Shown piece after piece: positions 10,330 to 20,075 of a DNA stretch of 64,000 bases. Numbering within the stretch: position 1 is the stretch's first letter; each line of letters begins with the position of its first letter. The notes under the pieces are model-generated. The model searched no databases. It worked only from the letters and a program-made list of their open reading frames with translations, and was not told where the DNA came from. The position numbers were made by a program, and so were the translations under genes. Source of the DNA: an uncultured Gemmatimonadales bacterium (GTDB lineage Bacteria > Gemmatimonadota > Gemmatimonadetes > Gemmatimonadales > GWC2-71-9); the NCBI GenBank assembly GCA_963748815.1, contig CAVVKJ010000005.1, positions 1 to 64,000 on the forward strand, read 5' to 3'.

Positions 10330-13163
10330 CCGGACCGCCGGCCACCGGGGAGACCCCCCGGCTCTTCCTCATCGACGGGTTCGCGCTGATCTATCGCGCA
10401 TTCTTCGCGATGATCTCCCGCCCCCTCCGCACCGCCAAGGGGGAGAACACCTCCGCCGCGTGGGGCGTGGCCAATTTCCTGGCCCGGCTACTCGACACCC
10501 ACCAGCCCACCTACGTGGCGTGGGTACATGACGCCGGCGATTCCTTCCGGACCGCGAAGTACGCCGAGTACAAGTCCACCCGCGAAAAGCTCGACGACGA
10601 ACTCCAGGCCGACTTCGACACTGCGGTAGTGCGCGTCACGCAGCTCCTCGCCGCCTGGCACGTGCCCCTCGTGGCCGTCGAGGGGTACGAGGCCGACGAC
10701 GTCATCGGCACCCTGGCGGGGCAAGCCGCCGCACAGGACATCCAGGTGGTCATCGTCTCGGGCGACAAGGACTTCTACCAGCTCATCGGCCCCCGGGTGG
10801 CGCTGCTCAACCCGGGCCGCGGCGGACCGGGTGCCGTCGAGGAGATCTATGTCGACGAATCCAACGCCGCCGACCGCCTCGGCGTCCCGCCGAAACAGGT
10901 CACCGACTATCTCGCCATGGTGGGCGACAGTTCCGACAATGTTCCCGGCGTGAAGGGCATCGGCGACAAGGGCGCGCGCAAGCTCCTCGAGGAATACGGC
11001 GACCTCGACGCGATCCTCGCCCACGCGGCGGAGCTGTCGGGCAAGCGCGCCCGCGAGGCGCTGCTGGAGCACGCCGACCTGGCCCGTCTCTCCCGCGAGC
11101 TGGTCACGATCCAGAAAGACGTGCCCACGACGTTCGATCCAGTCATGATGGCGCGCCGGGAGCCGGACCGCGAGGCCCTCGCGAAGGTGCTGGCGGAATT
11201 GGAGTTCTACGGGTTGGCGAGGAGGCTCGGACTTGGCGGGGCAGCTGGGCCGGGGGGCAGCGGGGCCGTGGAGGTTGCGAGCGAGACTGCCCCGCAGCCC
11301 CGCCGCCCCGCCGAGGGCGCGTTCGACGAACTACAGGTCACGGTCGTCGATAACGTGAGCGCCCTCTCGGCACTCGCCGAGCGACTGCGACTCGCCCCTC
11401 TCCTCGCGCTCGACACCGAGACGACGTCGCTGGAGCCGCACGACGCCGAGTTGCTTGGCCTCTCGCTCGCGGCAAGCGCCACCGAGGTGTGGTACCTCCC
11501 CTTTGGCCACCGGCCCCGCGCGGGCGCCCTCGCGGCGCCCGCGCCGGTCACGAACCTGCCCCCGATCACCGATCCCGCTTGCGCGCCGATCGCCGAGTTG
11601 CTTCGCGACGCTTCCGTCCCGAAGGCGGGGCAGAACATCAAGTACGACTGGCAGGTGCTGCGGCGCGCCGGCGTCGAGCTGGCCGGGGTGGCGTACGACT
11701 CGATGCTGGCCAGCTTCGTCCTCGATCCGGGCCGTCGCTCCCACGCCATCGACGCGCTCAGCCTGGAGCACCTCGGGCGCGGGATGCGGAGTTACACCGA
11801 CCTCACCGGCAAGGGGGCGGCGCAGATTCCGTTCGCGGAGGTGGATGTCGCCGACGCCGCGGCCTACTGCGGCGCCGACAGCGCCACGGTCCTGGCGCTG
11901 CACGACATCTTCGCGCCGCTGCTCAGGGAAATGGCGCTCGAGCCGCTTTTCCAGACGCTCGAGATGCCGCTGGTCGAGGTGCTGGTGGACATGGAATGGG
12001 CGGGGATCGCCATCGATCACGCCCTCTTCGAGCGGCTCTCCCGCGAGATGGCGGTGGAGCTCGCGCGGCTCGAGACCGAAATTCACTCGGCGGCGGGCAC
12101 CACCTTCAACCTCAACTCGCCGAAACAGCTGGGACAGGTGCTCTTCGAGCAGCACCAGCTGCCGGTGCTGAAGAAGACGCGCACCGGCCCCTCCACCGAC
12201 GCCGACGTGCTCGAGCAGCTGGCCGCGATGGGCCACGAGGTCCCCCGGCTGATCCTCGAGTACCGCGAACTGCAGAAGCTCCGCTCGACCTACGTGGAAG
12301 TCCTCCCGGCGCGGGTCAACGCCGCCACGGGGCGGATCCACACCAGCTTCAACCAGACCGGCGCCGCCACCGGCCGACTCAGTTCATCCGATCCCAACCT
12401 GCAGAACATTCCGGTCCGCACTCCGCGCGGCGAGGAGATTCGCGCCGGGTTCATCCCGGCGCCGGGGTCCCTCTTCCTGGCGGCGGACTATTCGCAGATC
12501 GAACTCCGGCTGATGGCGCACCTCTCCGGCGATCCCGCCTTCACCACCGCGTTCCGCCAGGGCGACGACATCCACCGGCAGACGGCGGCCATCATCTTCG
12601 GGGTCCCGCTCGCGGAGGTGACCTCCGAGATGCGTGCCCGCGCCAAGACGATCAATTTCGGCACCATCTACGGGCAGGGGCCCTTCGCGCTCTCGAAGCA
12701 GCTGGGGATTTCCCAGGACGAAGCGAAGGAGTTCATCGCGCAGTACTTCGAGCGCTTCGCGGGCGTGCGGACGTTTCTGGACCGGCAGGTGGAGATTGCC
12801 CGGGAGCAGGGCTACGTGGAGACGCTTCTCGGCCGCCGGCGCTACATCACCGACATCCGGGACAAGAATTTCAATGTGCGGGCGTTCGCGGAACGGACGG
12901 CGCAGAACACGCCGCTGCAGGGGTCGGCCGCCGACCTCATCAAGGTCGCGATGCGCCGGATTCACGACGCGCTGCGCGAGGGCGGCTACCGCACCCGGAT
13001 GCTGCTGCAGGTGCACGACGAACTGGTCTTCGAGGCGCCGGAGGAGGAGGTCGAACGGGTGCGGCCGCTGGTGAAGGACCTGATGGAGGGGGCGGCGACG
13101 CTTTCCGTGCCGCTGGTGGTGGATGTGGGGGTGGGGAAGAACTGGCTGGAGGCGAAGCGGTGA
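10326..13163 (+). CDS. polA: DNA polymerase I
   Basis: LFLIDG...YEADDVIGT (5'-3' exonuclease), ALDTETTSL (3'-5' exonuclease), TGRLSSSDPNLQNIP, ADYSQIELR, KTINFGTIYG, LQVHDEL. True start is the GTG at 10326. Confidence 0.98.
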   Translation: MTGPPATGETPRLFLIDGFALIYRAFFAMISRPLRTAKGENTSAAWGVANFLARLLDTHQPTYVAWVHDAGDSFRTAKYAEYKSTREKLDDELQADFDTAVVRVTQLLAAWHVPLVAVEGYEADDVIGTLAGQAAAQDIQVVIVSGDKDFYQLIGPRVALLNPGRGGPGAVEEIYVDESNAADRLGVPPKQVTDYLAMVGDSSDNVPGVKGIGDKGARKLLEEYGDLDAILAHAAELSGKRAREALLEHADLARLSRELVTIQKDVPTTFDPVMMARREPDREALAKVLAELEFYGLARRLGLGGAAGPGGSGAVEVASETAPQPRRPAEGAFDELQVTVVDNVSALSALAERLRLAPLLALDTETTSLEPHDAELLGLSLAASATEVWYLPFGHRPRAGALAAPAPVTNLPPITDPACAPIAELLRDASVPKAGQNIKYDWQVLRRAGVELAGVAYDSMLASFVLDPGRRSHAIDALSLEHLGRGMRSYTDLTGKGAAQIPFAEVDVADAAAYCGADSATVLALHDIFAPLLREMALEPLFQTLEMPLVEVLVDMEWAGIAIDHALFERLSREMAVELARLETEIHSAAGTTFNLNSPKQLGQVLFEQHQLPVLKKTRTGPSTDADVLEQLAAMGHEVPRLILEYRELQKLRSTYVEVLPARVNAATGRIHTSFNQTGAATGRLSSSDPNLQNIPVRTPRGEEIRAGFIPAPGSLFLAADYSQIELRLMAHLSGDPAFTTAFRQGDDIHRQTAAIIFGVPLAEVTSEMRARAKTINFGTIYGQGPFALSKQLGISQDEAKEFIAQYFERFAGVRTFLDRQVEIAREQGYVETLLGRRRYITDIRDKNFNVRAFAERTAQNTPLQGSAADLIKVAMRRIHDALREGGYRTRMLLQVHDELVFEAPEEEVERVRPLVKDLMEGAATLSVPLVVDVGVGKNWLEAKR

Positions 13164-13168
13164 GAACT

Positions 13169-13333
13169 GGGGGAAGGAGAAAGAGGACTTGTGGACTTGG
13201 AGGAGCGGACGGAGAAAGGCGGAAGGAGGGGCACTCGCCGACTCCACCATTCTCCTTCCGTCTTCAGCCCCTCCAAGTCCCAAGTCCCTTTTGTCCTGCC
13301 TCCTGCCCTTCTCAGTCCTCAGTCCTCAGTCCC
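13169..13333. repeat. Palindromic element family A, copy 2, plus a (CTCAGTC)3 heptamer tail
   Basis: GGGGGAAGGAGAAAGAGGACTTGTGGACTTGGAGGAG...CCCCTCCAAGTCCCAAGTCCCTTTTGTCC between convergent polA and MMPL genes. Confidence 0.85.
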
Positions 13334-15567
13334 TTCCTGACTCCCGGCCACCAGTTCCAGCGCCCGGCGATGTGCATGAAGGCCGGCACCAGCACCATGC
13401 GGATCAGGGTGGCGTCGAGGAGCACGGCGACGGCCAGGCCGAAGCCGAGGAACTGCACCATCAGCACCCGCGCGAAGGCAAAGGCGCCGAAGACGAAGAT
13501 CATGATGAGCGCCGCCGAAGTGATCACGGACGCGGTGGCGGAGAGGCCCTCCATCGTCGCCTCGTCGTTCTTGCCGGTGCGGTCGTACGCTTCCTTGATC
13601 CGGCTCAGCAGGAACACCTCGTAGTCCATGCTCAGGCCGAACACGATCGCGAAGACCATGACCGGCACCACCACGTAGATCGCCGACGTGGGGCCGTCGA
13701 GCCCGAACAGCCCCGCCCCCCATCCATACTGGAAGACCAGCACGCTGAGCCCGAAGGTCGCGCTCACCGAGAGGCTGTTCATCACGATCGCCTTGATCGG
13801 GACCAGCACCGAGCGGAACGCGATGGCCAGCATCAGCGCCGTGACGCCGAGCACCACCCCGATGAGCAGCGGGAAGATGGCCAGCAGGTCGTCCTGGAAG
13901 TCGGTGGCCGACGCGGTGTACCCGCCGACGACGATCGTGGCGCCCTTGAGACCGCGGATCGGTTCCCGGACGATGACGCGGATGTCGCGCACCAGGTCCA
14001 TCGACGTGGTCAGGCTCGTGGTGTCGGCCGGGATGACGTCCACCAGCGCGATGCGCTGGTCGGTGCCGAGGTAGGCGTCGAGGAAGTCCCCCATTTCGGC
14101 GCGCGCCGACGGGATGTCGCTGTAGAGGACGGAGTACTCGAGGAGCGAAGCGCCCCGGCGCGCGGTCATCAGGCTGGTGACGCGGCCGACCCGCGGGTCC
14201 GCCGCCAGCGAGTCGGTGAGGTTGCGGAGGCCGCGAAGCCGGGCCGCCGTTGTGATCGTTTCACCCTCCGGCAGCTCGACCAGGACGCGGATGGGTAGCA
14301 TGACCCCGGACGCGCCCATGGCCGAGAGGGTCTCCGCGCCGCGGCCCGCTTCGGTGGCGCTCGGCCACCAGTGGCGGGAGGGGAGGCCGATCTTGATGAG
14401 GAAGACCGGGGCGGTCAGCAGCGTGACCCCGAGGCCGCCGAGGGTGAGCGCGCGGTAGGGATGCCGGCTGAGGGAACGGGCCCACCGCTCCCAGATGGTC
14501 GGGGCGTGGTACCAGGCGAGTCGCTTGGCCAGCCAGCGCGGCTCGTCGATGGCGCGCCCGAGAATGGCGAGCAGCGCGGGCAGGAGCGTGGTCGAGAGCA
14601 TCACCGCCACGGCCACCACGACCAGCCCGCTCAAGCCGATGCTCCGGGTCTCCACCATCGGCGGGATGAGGAGGGCCGCAAAGCCGACCAGCACCGTCAG
14701 CCCCGAGGTGATAACGGCGGAGCCCGCTGTGGCGAGGGTGCGCCGCGCCGCCTCGTGCCGCCGGAGACCGCGTTTCAGCTCTTCGCGGAAGCGGGTCACG
14801 ATGAGCAGGGAGTAGTCGATCCCGACCCCGAGCCCGATCATCGTCGTCAGGTTCAGTACGAACACCGACATCGGGGTGAAGAGCGCCACCACGCCGATGA
14901 GGGCGAGCGCCACGAAGATGGCCAGGATGCCGACCGCGACCGGGAGGAGCGCCGCGACCAGCGCGCCGAAGGCCAGCACCAGCACGATCAGGGTGAGCGG
15001 GAGGACCCGCATCTCGCTGCGCCGGCTGTCGTCCGCACTCACGCTGCGGATGTCGAGGTCGAGGGCGGCGCGGCCCGTCACGATGACCCGGTAGTCGCCG
15101 GCGTCCGGGAAGTGGGACAGCGCGCGGCGGATCGCGGTGCGGGCGGGGATCACGTACTCCCCGGCGTCCGCGCCCTCGACGTTCAGCGCGGCCAGAATTA
15201 GCGTGGTCCGCCCATCGGCGCTGACGAAGAGTGAGTCGCCGAGGGTGGGGAAGGAGAGGATGGACCGGACGTAGGGCTCGCGGCGGAGCACCGCGATGAG
15301 CGAGTCGAGCACGGCGGCGGGCCCGGGGCGATCGATCGGGCTGGGCGCCTCGAGGGTGATCGCAAAGAACTCGCCGATGGAACGGCTGAACCGGCTCTGG
15401 AGGAGCCGGTCGGCCAGCACGGCCTCGGTTTCCCGCGTGCTCCCGCCCCGGATGTCGAGGCGCTCAGGCGTGTGCCGCGCCTGAATCACCGCCACCGTCC
15501 CGATGACCCCCCAGAGCCCGATGACCGCCCAGCGATACTTGACGACGGCCCGCGCGAACAGCCTCAT
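13312..15567 (-). CDS. MMPL-family (RND) transporter
   Basis: Two membrane repeats with GLGVGIDYSLLIVTRFREE and FGLSMDYEVFLLSRIKE motifs; ATG at 15567. Confidence 0.93.
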   Translation of the reverse strand: MRLFARAVVKYRWAVIGLWGVIGTVAVIQARHTPERLDIRGGSTRETEAVLADRLLQSRFSRSIGEFFAITLEAPSPIDRPGPAAVLDSLIAVLRREPYVRSILSFPTLGDSLFVSADGRTTLILAALNVEGADAGEYVIPARTAIRRALSHFPDAGDYRVIVTGRAALDLDIRSVSADDSRRSEMRVLPLTLIVLVLAFGALVAALLPVAVGILAIFVALALIGVVALFTPMSVFVLNLTTMIGLGVGIDYSLLIVTRFREELKRGLRRHEAARRTLATAGSAVITSGLTVLVGFAALLIPPMVETRSIGLSGLVVVAVAVMLSTTLLPALLAILGRAIDEPRWLAKRLAWYHAPTIWERWARSLSRHPYRALTLGGLGVTLLTAPVFLIKIGLPSRHWWPSATEAGRGAETLSAMGASGVMLPIRVLVELPEGETITTAARLRGLRNLTDSLAADPRVGRVTSLMTARRGASLLEYSVLYSDIPSARAEMGDFLDAYLGTDQRIALVDVIPADTTSLTTSMDLVRDIRVIVREPIRGLKGATIVVGGYTASATDFQDDLLAIFPLLIGVVLGVTALMLAIAFRSVLVPIKAIVMNSLSVSATFGLSVLVFQYGWGAGLFGLDGPTSAIYVVVPVMVFAIVFGLSMDYEVFLLSRIKEAYDRTGKNDEATMEGLSATASVITSAALIMIFVFGAFAFARVLMVQFLGFGLAVAVLLDATLIRMVLVPAFMHIAGRWNWWPGVRKGLRTED

Positions 15568-15709
15568 GAACACTGCGTGGTCGTCTCCTGGCCGACTGGG
15601 CCATGGGAAGGGGGGGGGCGGCCTGAATCCGCCAATGTTAGGGGACGCGGGTCCGCGCCGCCACCCGATGTGGCGGCGGTTCGGTCCTCCGGCCCATATT
15701 TCCCCGTTG

Positions 15710-16447
15710 ATGCAACGAACACTCACCCTGATGCTGACGGCGCTCGTCGCCCTGCTGTTGATCGGCACCGCCCGGCGTTACCGGGCCGCGCGGGCGCAAC
15801 AGTCCCTCGCCGCGGCCCGCGCGCCCGAAGTCGACTCCGCGCCCCGGCCGCTGCCGGACAGCGCGCGGTTAGCCGCGCGGGCGCTCCTCGCTCGCGACGC
15901 CGGACAAACATACCTCGATTCCATGCTGGTGAGCACCGATTCTCTGGTCCGCCGCTGGCCGGATCGCGGGGGCCGTCCCTTCCGGGTCGCCATCCTCGAG
16001 GGGGGATCCCCCGACTACGGTGTGCGCATGGCCGACGACGTCCGCGAGGCCACCTCGCGGTGGCAGGCGGCGGATGTCGGGCTCTGGTTCTCCTTCACCG
16101 GCGACAGCGCCGATGCGGACATCGTGTTCCAGTGGCGCGAGAGCTTCGGCAACGGCAACCAGGCCGGGGTGACCGACCTCCGATGGTCGAACGCCGGGCC
16201 GGTGGTGCGGGCGTACGTGTCGCTGGCGACCCGGAACGGCGGCGACTCGCTCTTCACCGACGAGGCGCTGCTCGGGGCGGCGGTGCACGAGCTCGGGCAC
16301 GCCGTCGGGCTGCCGCACTCCCCCGACAGCGCCGACGTGATGCACCCCGTCACGCGGGTCACGGTACCGTCGACACGCGACCGCGCCACCGCGCGGTTGC
16401 TCTACTCCCTCCCTCCCGGCTCGCTCCGAACTCCCCGGCCGCGGTAG
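15710..16447 (+). CDS. Matrixin-like zinc metalloprotease, N-terminally anchored
   Basis: HELGHAVGLPHS...VMHP (HExxHxxGxxH plus Met-turn). Confidence 0.88.
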   Translation: MQRTLTLMLTALVALLLIGTARRYRAARAQQSLAAARAPEVDSAPRPLPDSARLAARALLARDAGQTYLDSMLVSTDSLVRRWPDRGGRPFRVAILEGGSPDYGVRMADDVREATSRWQAADVGLWFSFTGDSADADIVFQWRESFGNGNQAGVTDLRWSNAGPVVRAYVSLATRNGGDSLFTDEALLGAAVHELGHAVGLPHSPDSADVMHPVTRVTVPSTRDRATARLLYSLPPGSLRTPRPR

Positions 16448-16454
16448 CGGCCCG

Positions 16455-16829
16455 ATGCCCGACCGTCCGCTGGTCCTCTACGATGGCCGCTGCGGCTTCT
16501 GCCGCGATTGGTCGCACCGCCTCGCGCGCTGGGACGGCCAGGGTCGTCTCCGGCAAGTTCCCTATCAGGAGCGCCACGGGGTGGCGGGGGTCCCGGACCT
16601 GTCGGACGCCGAGCTCGAGCAGGCGCTCCATGTCGTTCTCCCTGACGGCACGGTGGCGGTCGGCGCCCGCGGCATTATCGCGTTGCTTCCCTGGCTGCGT
16701 GGAGGGCGTCCATTGTGCTGGCTCGCTGGGCTCCCCGGCGTGGTTCCGCTGGCCGAGGGTGGCTACCGATGGGTTGCCCGGCGGCGCCACGGCCTGGGGA
16801 ATGGGGACGAGGCCTGCACGCTGCGTTGA
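16455..16829 (+). CDS. DCC1-like thiol-disulfide oxidoreductase (DUF393)
   Basis: LVLYDGRCGFC (DxxCxxC) and C-terminal YRWVARRRH. Confidence 0.88.
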   Translation: MPDRPLVLYDGRCGFCRDWSHRLARWDGQGRLRQVPYQERHGVAGVPDLSDAELEQALHVVLPDGTVAVGARGIIALLPWLRGGRPLCWLAGLPGVVPLAEGGYRWVARRRHGLGNGDEACTLR

Positions 16830-16874
16830 CGCGCCGCTGACCGACCCGATAGCTTGCCGGAAAGGAGGTGGACC

Positions 16875-17171
16875 ATGCTGACCACCGATCTGGTGCGGAA
16901 GGCGCTCAAGGGCGTGAAAGACCCCGAATTGGGGCTCAACGTCGTGGACATCGGGCTCATCTACGACGTGACGCTGTCGGAAGCAGGCGATGTGCACATC
17001 ACGATGAGCCTGACCTCGCCGGGGTGCCCTTCGGGTCCGGAAATCATGGGCGACGTGAAGTCCGTGGTGGCCGATCTGGAGGGGGTGAACAGCGTGGAGG
17101 TCGAGTTGGTGTGGGAGCCCTACTGGACGCCCGACCGGATGGACCCGCGGGTGCGGGCCTTCCTCGGCTAG
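16875..17171 (+). CDS. Metal-sulfur cluster assembly factor (SufT/DUF59 family)
   Basis: VKDPELGLNVVDIGLIY, MSLTSPGCP, VWEPYW; strong AGGAGG RBS. Confidence 0.92.
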   Translation: MLTTDLVRKALKGVKDPELGLNVVDIGLIYDVTLSEAGDVHITMSLTSPGCPSGPEIMGDVKSVVADLEGVNSVEVELVWEPYWTPDRMDPRVRAFLG

Positions 17172-17181
17172 CGCCCCTGGA

Positions 17182-18384
17182 TCATCCGCCGGCCGGCGGC
17201 GCAGGAGGCTCCGGCACGGCGGCGAGCAGTTCCTTCCCGAATTCTTCCCGCTGCCAGCGGCGCATCGAGGGAATTGCCTCGAGCGCACCGAGGGTCGTCG
17301 GCGCCTGCCGGGCAATTTCCTCGAGCGTCCCGTTGGGGCAGGCCACGCCGGGGGCAAGCTCGAGCCGCTGCGCGATCAGGTTGCGTGCGGTCTTGAGCCG
17401 TTCCAGCCGGGCGTCGGCCGCGGGGTCGGGGACACGGCGGGGGAGGCGCGGGAGGCGCGGGAGGTCGCGTTCGGGGATCGCCATGGCCTGCTCGACGGCG
17501 TCGAGAATCTCTGCCCCCCGCCGGGCGATCGTCTCGGGCCCGACCCCCTTGACCCGCTGCAGTTCTTCCATCGTCCTGGGCGGCTGCCGAGCCATCGTGA
17601 AGAGCGGCTCGTTGTTCAGGATGCGGAACGAGGCGCGGTCGAGGCGGCGCGCGGTGCCTTCCCGCCAGTCGTAGAGCGCACGCAGTAGCGCCAACTCTCT
17701 CCCCTTGAGCGCCTTCGCGCCCTTGAGGCGCAGGTAGGATGACTCGCCGGGCTCGACCGCCGCCCACGCCACCCCTTCCAGCAGCCCGAACTCCTCCTCC
17801 ACCCAGGCGAGACGGCCCCGGGCCTCGAGCTGTCCGCGCAGTTCGTCGCGCAAGGCGGCGAGGTAGCGGGTGTCGGTGGCCGCGTACGCGAGCATCTCGT
17901 CGGACAGCGGGCGGGCCGACCAGTCGGCCCGCTGATATTTCTTGTTGAGGGTGACGCCGAAATATTTCTGCAGCAGCGCGGCGAGGCCGATGCCCGGTTC
18001 ATTGAGGAACTGGGCCGCAATGCGGGTGTCGAAGAGCCGAGCCGCGCGGATGCCGTACTGCCGTTCGAGGAGACGCAGGTCGTAGTCGGCGTCGTGGAAA
18101 ATCACCTCGATGCGCGGATCGGCGAGCAGCGCGCCAAACCGGTCAAGACGCTCGACTCCAAGCGGATCGACGACGGCGGTCCGGTCGCGGGAGGAGATCT
18201 GGAGCAGGTAGACGCGATCTTCGTAGCGATGAAAGCTCGCCGCTTCGGTGTCGACGGCGAGCAGCGGCTCGTGGGCGAGGCCGTCGAGCAGCCGGTCGAA
18301 AGCTGCCTGGTCGGCTACGACCTCGACATCGGCGGCCGACCCCGCGGCTCCGGCGCGACCAGGTGCGTTGGTGGATGCTGGCAT
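17182..18384 (-). CDS. rnd: Ribonuclease D (DEDD exonuclease with HRDC domains)
   Basis: AVDTE, FHDADYDL, FDTRIAA, ADWSARPL, YAATD; start codon approximate. Confidence 0.92.
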   Translation of the reverse strand: MPASTNAPGRAGAAGSAADVEVVADQAAFDRLLDGLAHEPLLAVDTEAASFHRYEDRVYLLQISSRDRTAVVDPLGVERLDRFGALLADPRIEVIFHDADYDLRLLERQYGIRAARLFDTRIAAQFLNEPGIGLAALLQKYFGVTLNKKYQRADWSARPLSDEMLAYAATDTRYLAALRDELRGQLEARGRLAWVEEEFGLLEGVAWAAVEPGESSYLRLKGAKALKGRELALLRALYDWREGTARRLDRASFRILNNEPLFTMARQPPRTMEELQRVKGVGPETIARRGAEILDAVEQAMAIPERDLPRLPRLPRRVPDPAADARLERLKTARNLIAQRLELAPGVACPNGTLEEIARQAPTTLGALEAIPSMRRWQREEFGKELLAAVPEPPAPPAGG

Positions 18385-18569
18385 GCCCGAATAGTGCCGG
18401 GACAGGTGGTGCGCCGCAACTACCGGCACTTTCAATCATCCTGTCGCGTTTACGACCAGACACTGTCATCATACTGCTATTACTTGGACCTGACTTATCT
18501 CCCGACCCCGTCTAGATTTCTGCGCTGCAGCATCACTCAACCCCCTTCTGTCCGCCCTGTGGAGCCACG

Positions 18570-19838
18570 ATGTCTCGACCCCTCACATTCCCTTCCCTTC
18601 GCCCGGCCTCCTGGACGGTGGGCGTGCTGGTCCTCCTCGCCGCCTGCGGCGACCGGCCTGCGGTCGTGCCGGAGTCTGATGCAGGGCCGCTCGTGTCCGA
18701 TTCCGTCGGGGTGCAGGCGAACCAGCAGTCCGCGCCGGCGTGGGGGACGACGCCGCAGTGGATCGTGGCCGACACTCCGACGCTGGACCTCGGCGAATCG
18801 GAGCAGTCGTTCGCCGGCCTCGCGCCCGTCCTGCGGCTCAGTGATGGTCGCATCGTCGTGGCCGACGGTTCCCAGCAGACGATCCGCTATTTCGATGCGA
18901 GCGGGAAGCTGCTGACGAGCATCGGTGGCCGCGGTCCCGACGACGGGGAGTTTCATGCGCTCGGTTGGATCGGTCGCGGGGCGGCGGACACCCTCGTGAC
19001 CTATGACTTCATCGCTCGCCGTCTGACGTTGTTCGATGGCAAGGGCAAGTTCGTCCGCAACGCCTCCCTCGCGCCGGCCGATCCGCAGGCCCTGGCCGAA
19101 CCGATCGCGTCCTTCCCCGACGGCAGCGTCCTCTTTCGCCTGGCCAAGTCCCTGAATCCCTTCCCCGGCAAGGCCGGCACGGTCGTGCGCGACTCGGCCG
19201 CCTACCTCCGATTCGGCCTGGACGGCATGCCCTACGAGGCCTTTGGCGTCTTTCCGCAGAGCGAGGCGTTCGGCGTGCAGGTTCGCGCGGACCGGCCCAC
19301 GGCGCCCTTCCCGGTTCCATTCGGCCTGGTGACGGTGACGGCCTTGCGAGGCGACACGATGCTCATCGGCACCGGCACGAGCTTCGAAGTGGCGCTCATC
19401 GGTCCCGGCGGTACGCCGGTCGGACTCCTCAAGGCGCCCATCGAGCGGGAGGCCATCACGCCGGCGGAGCGGCAGGCCTTTACCGAGGCGGCCCTCACCC
19501 GCCTCCGGGCGGGCTCGAGGACGCTCAACACGCCGCTCGACAGCAGCCTCATTCGTGCGCTCGAGAAGGCGCCGTTCCCGACCCGGAAGCCCGCCTTCGG
19601 TCGCATGCTCGTCGACCGGACTGGCGCGCTCTGGCTCTCGGCGCCGCTCAACCCGCCGGCATCGGCCTCGAGCTGGACGGTGTTTGCGCCGGACGGCACC
19701 TGGCTCGGGACCGTCACCACCCCGGAGGGGCTGCGGGTCGACGAGATCGGGGCGGACTACGTGCTGGGCGTTTACCGGGAGCGGCACGGCGAGGAGCGCG
19801 TGCGGATGTACCCGCTCGCCCGCGGCGCGGCGAACTGA
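18570..19838 (+). CDS. Beta-propeller-type lipoprotein of unknown function
   Basis: Lipobox LAAC; RLSDGRIVVAD, GGRGPDDGEF and VFAPDGTWLGTV repeats typical of 6-bladed propeller proteins. Confidence 0.75.
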   Translation: MSRPLTFPSLRPASWTVGVLVLLAACGDRPAVVPESDAGPLVSDSVGVQANQQSAPAWGTTPQWIVADTPTLDLGESEQSFAGLAPVLRLSDGRIVVADGSQQTIRYFDASGKLLTSIGGRGPDDGEFHALGWIGRGAADTLVTYDFIARRLTLFDGKGKFVRNASLAPADPQALAEPIASFPDGSVLFRLAKSLNPFPGKAGTVVRDSAAYLRFGLDGMPYEAFGVFPQSEAFGVQVRADRPTAPFPVPFGLVTVTALRGDTMLIGTGTSFEVALIGPGGTPVGLLKAPIEREAITPAERQAFTEAALTRLRAGSRTLNTPLDSSLIRALEKAPFPTRKPAFGRMLVDRTGALWLSAPLNPPASASSWTVFAPDGTWLGTVTTPEGLRVDEIGADYVLGVYRERHGEERVRMYPLARGAAN

Positions 19839-19839
19839 G

Positions 19840-20010
19840 TCAGTCGCGCTTGGCTACCAGTTCGAGGCCGTTGGCGATCTCCTCGAAGGCCTTGGCGAGC
19901 GTCTTGTAAAACTCGGCGTCGGGGGCCGGGGCCCCGCCGAGGGCGGCGTCCAGCTGGATCTTGCGGGCCAGCCGCGCGGCGTGGCGGATGTAGTCGGTGG
20001 TCGGGGGCAT
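19840..20010 (-). CDS. Small hypothetical protein, 56 aa (absent from the ORF track)
   Basis: MPPTTDYIRHAARLARKIQLDAALGGAPAPDAEFYKTLAKAFEEIANGLELVAKRD*; GGAG RBS 6 nt upstream; nearly all codons end in G/C; fills the intergenic gap. Confidence 0.75.
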   Translation of the reverse strand: MPPTTDYIRHAARLARKIQLDAALGGAPAPDAEFYKTLAKAFEEIANGLELVAKRD

Positions 20011-20075
20011 CGACAACTCCCGGATGGGGTGGGACGGTTCGCGTGGGTGCGGTCTGCTGAGAGGGAGAATAGCCG

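Noticed and set aside
17437..17466. 9-bp tandem repeat in rnd encoding LPRLPRLPR
   Set aside because: Short low-complexity linker between HRDC domains, unrelated to the dispersed repeat families.
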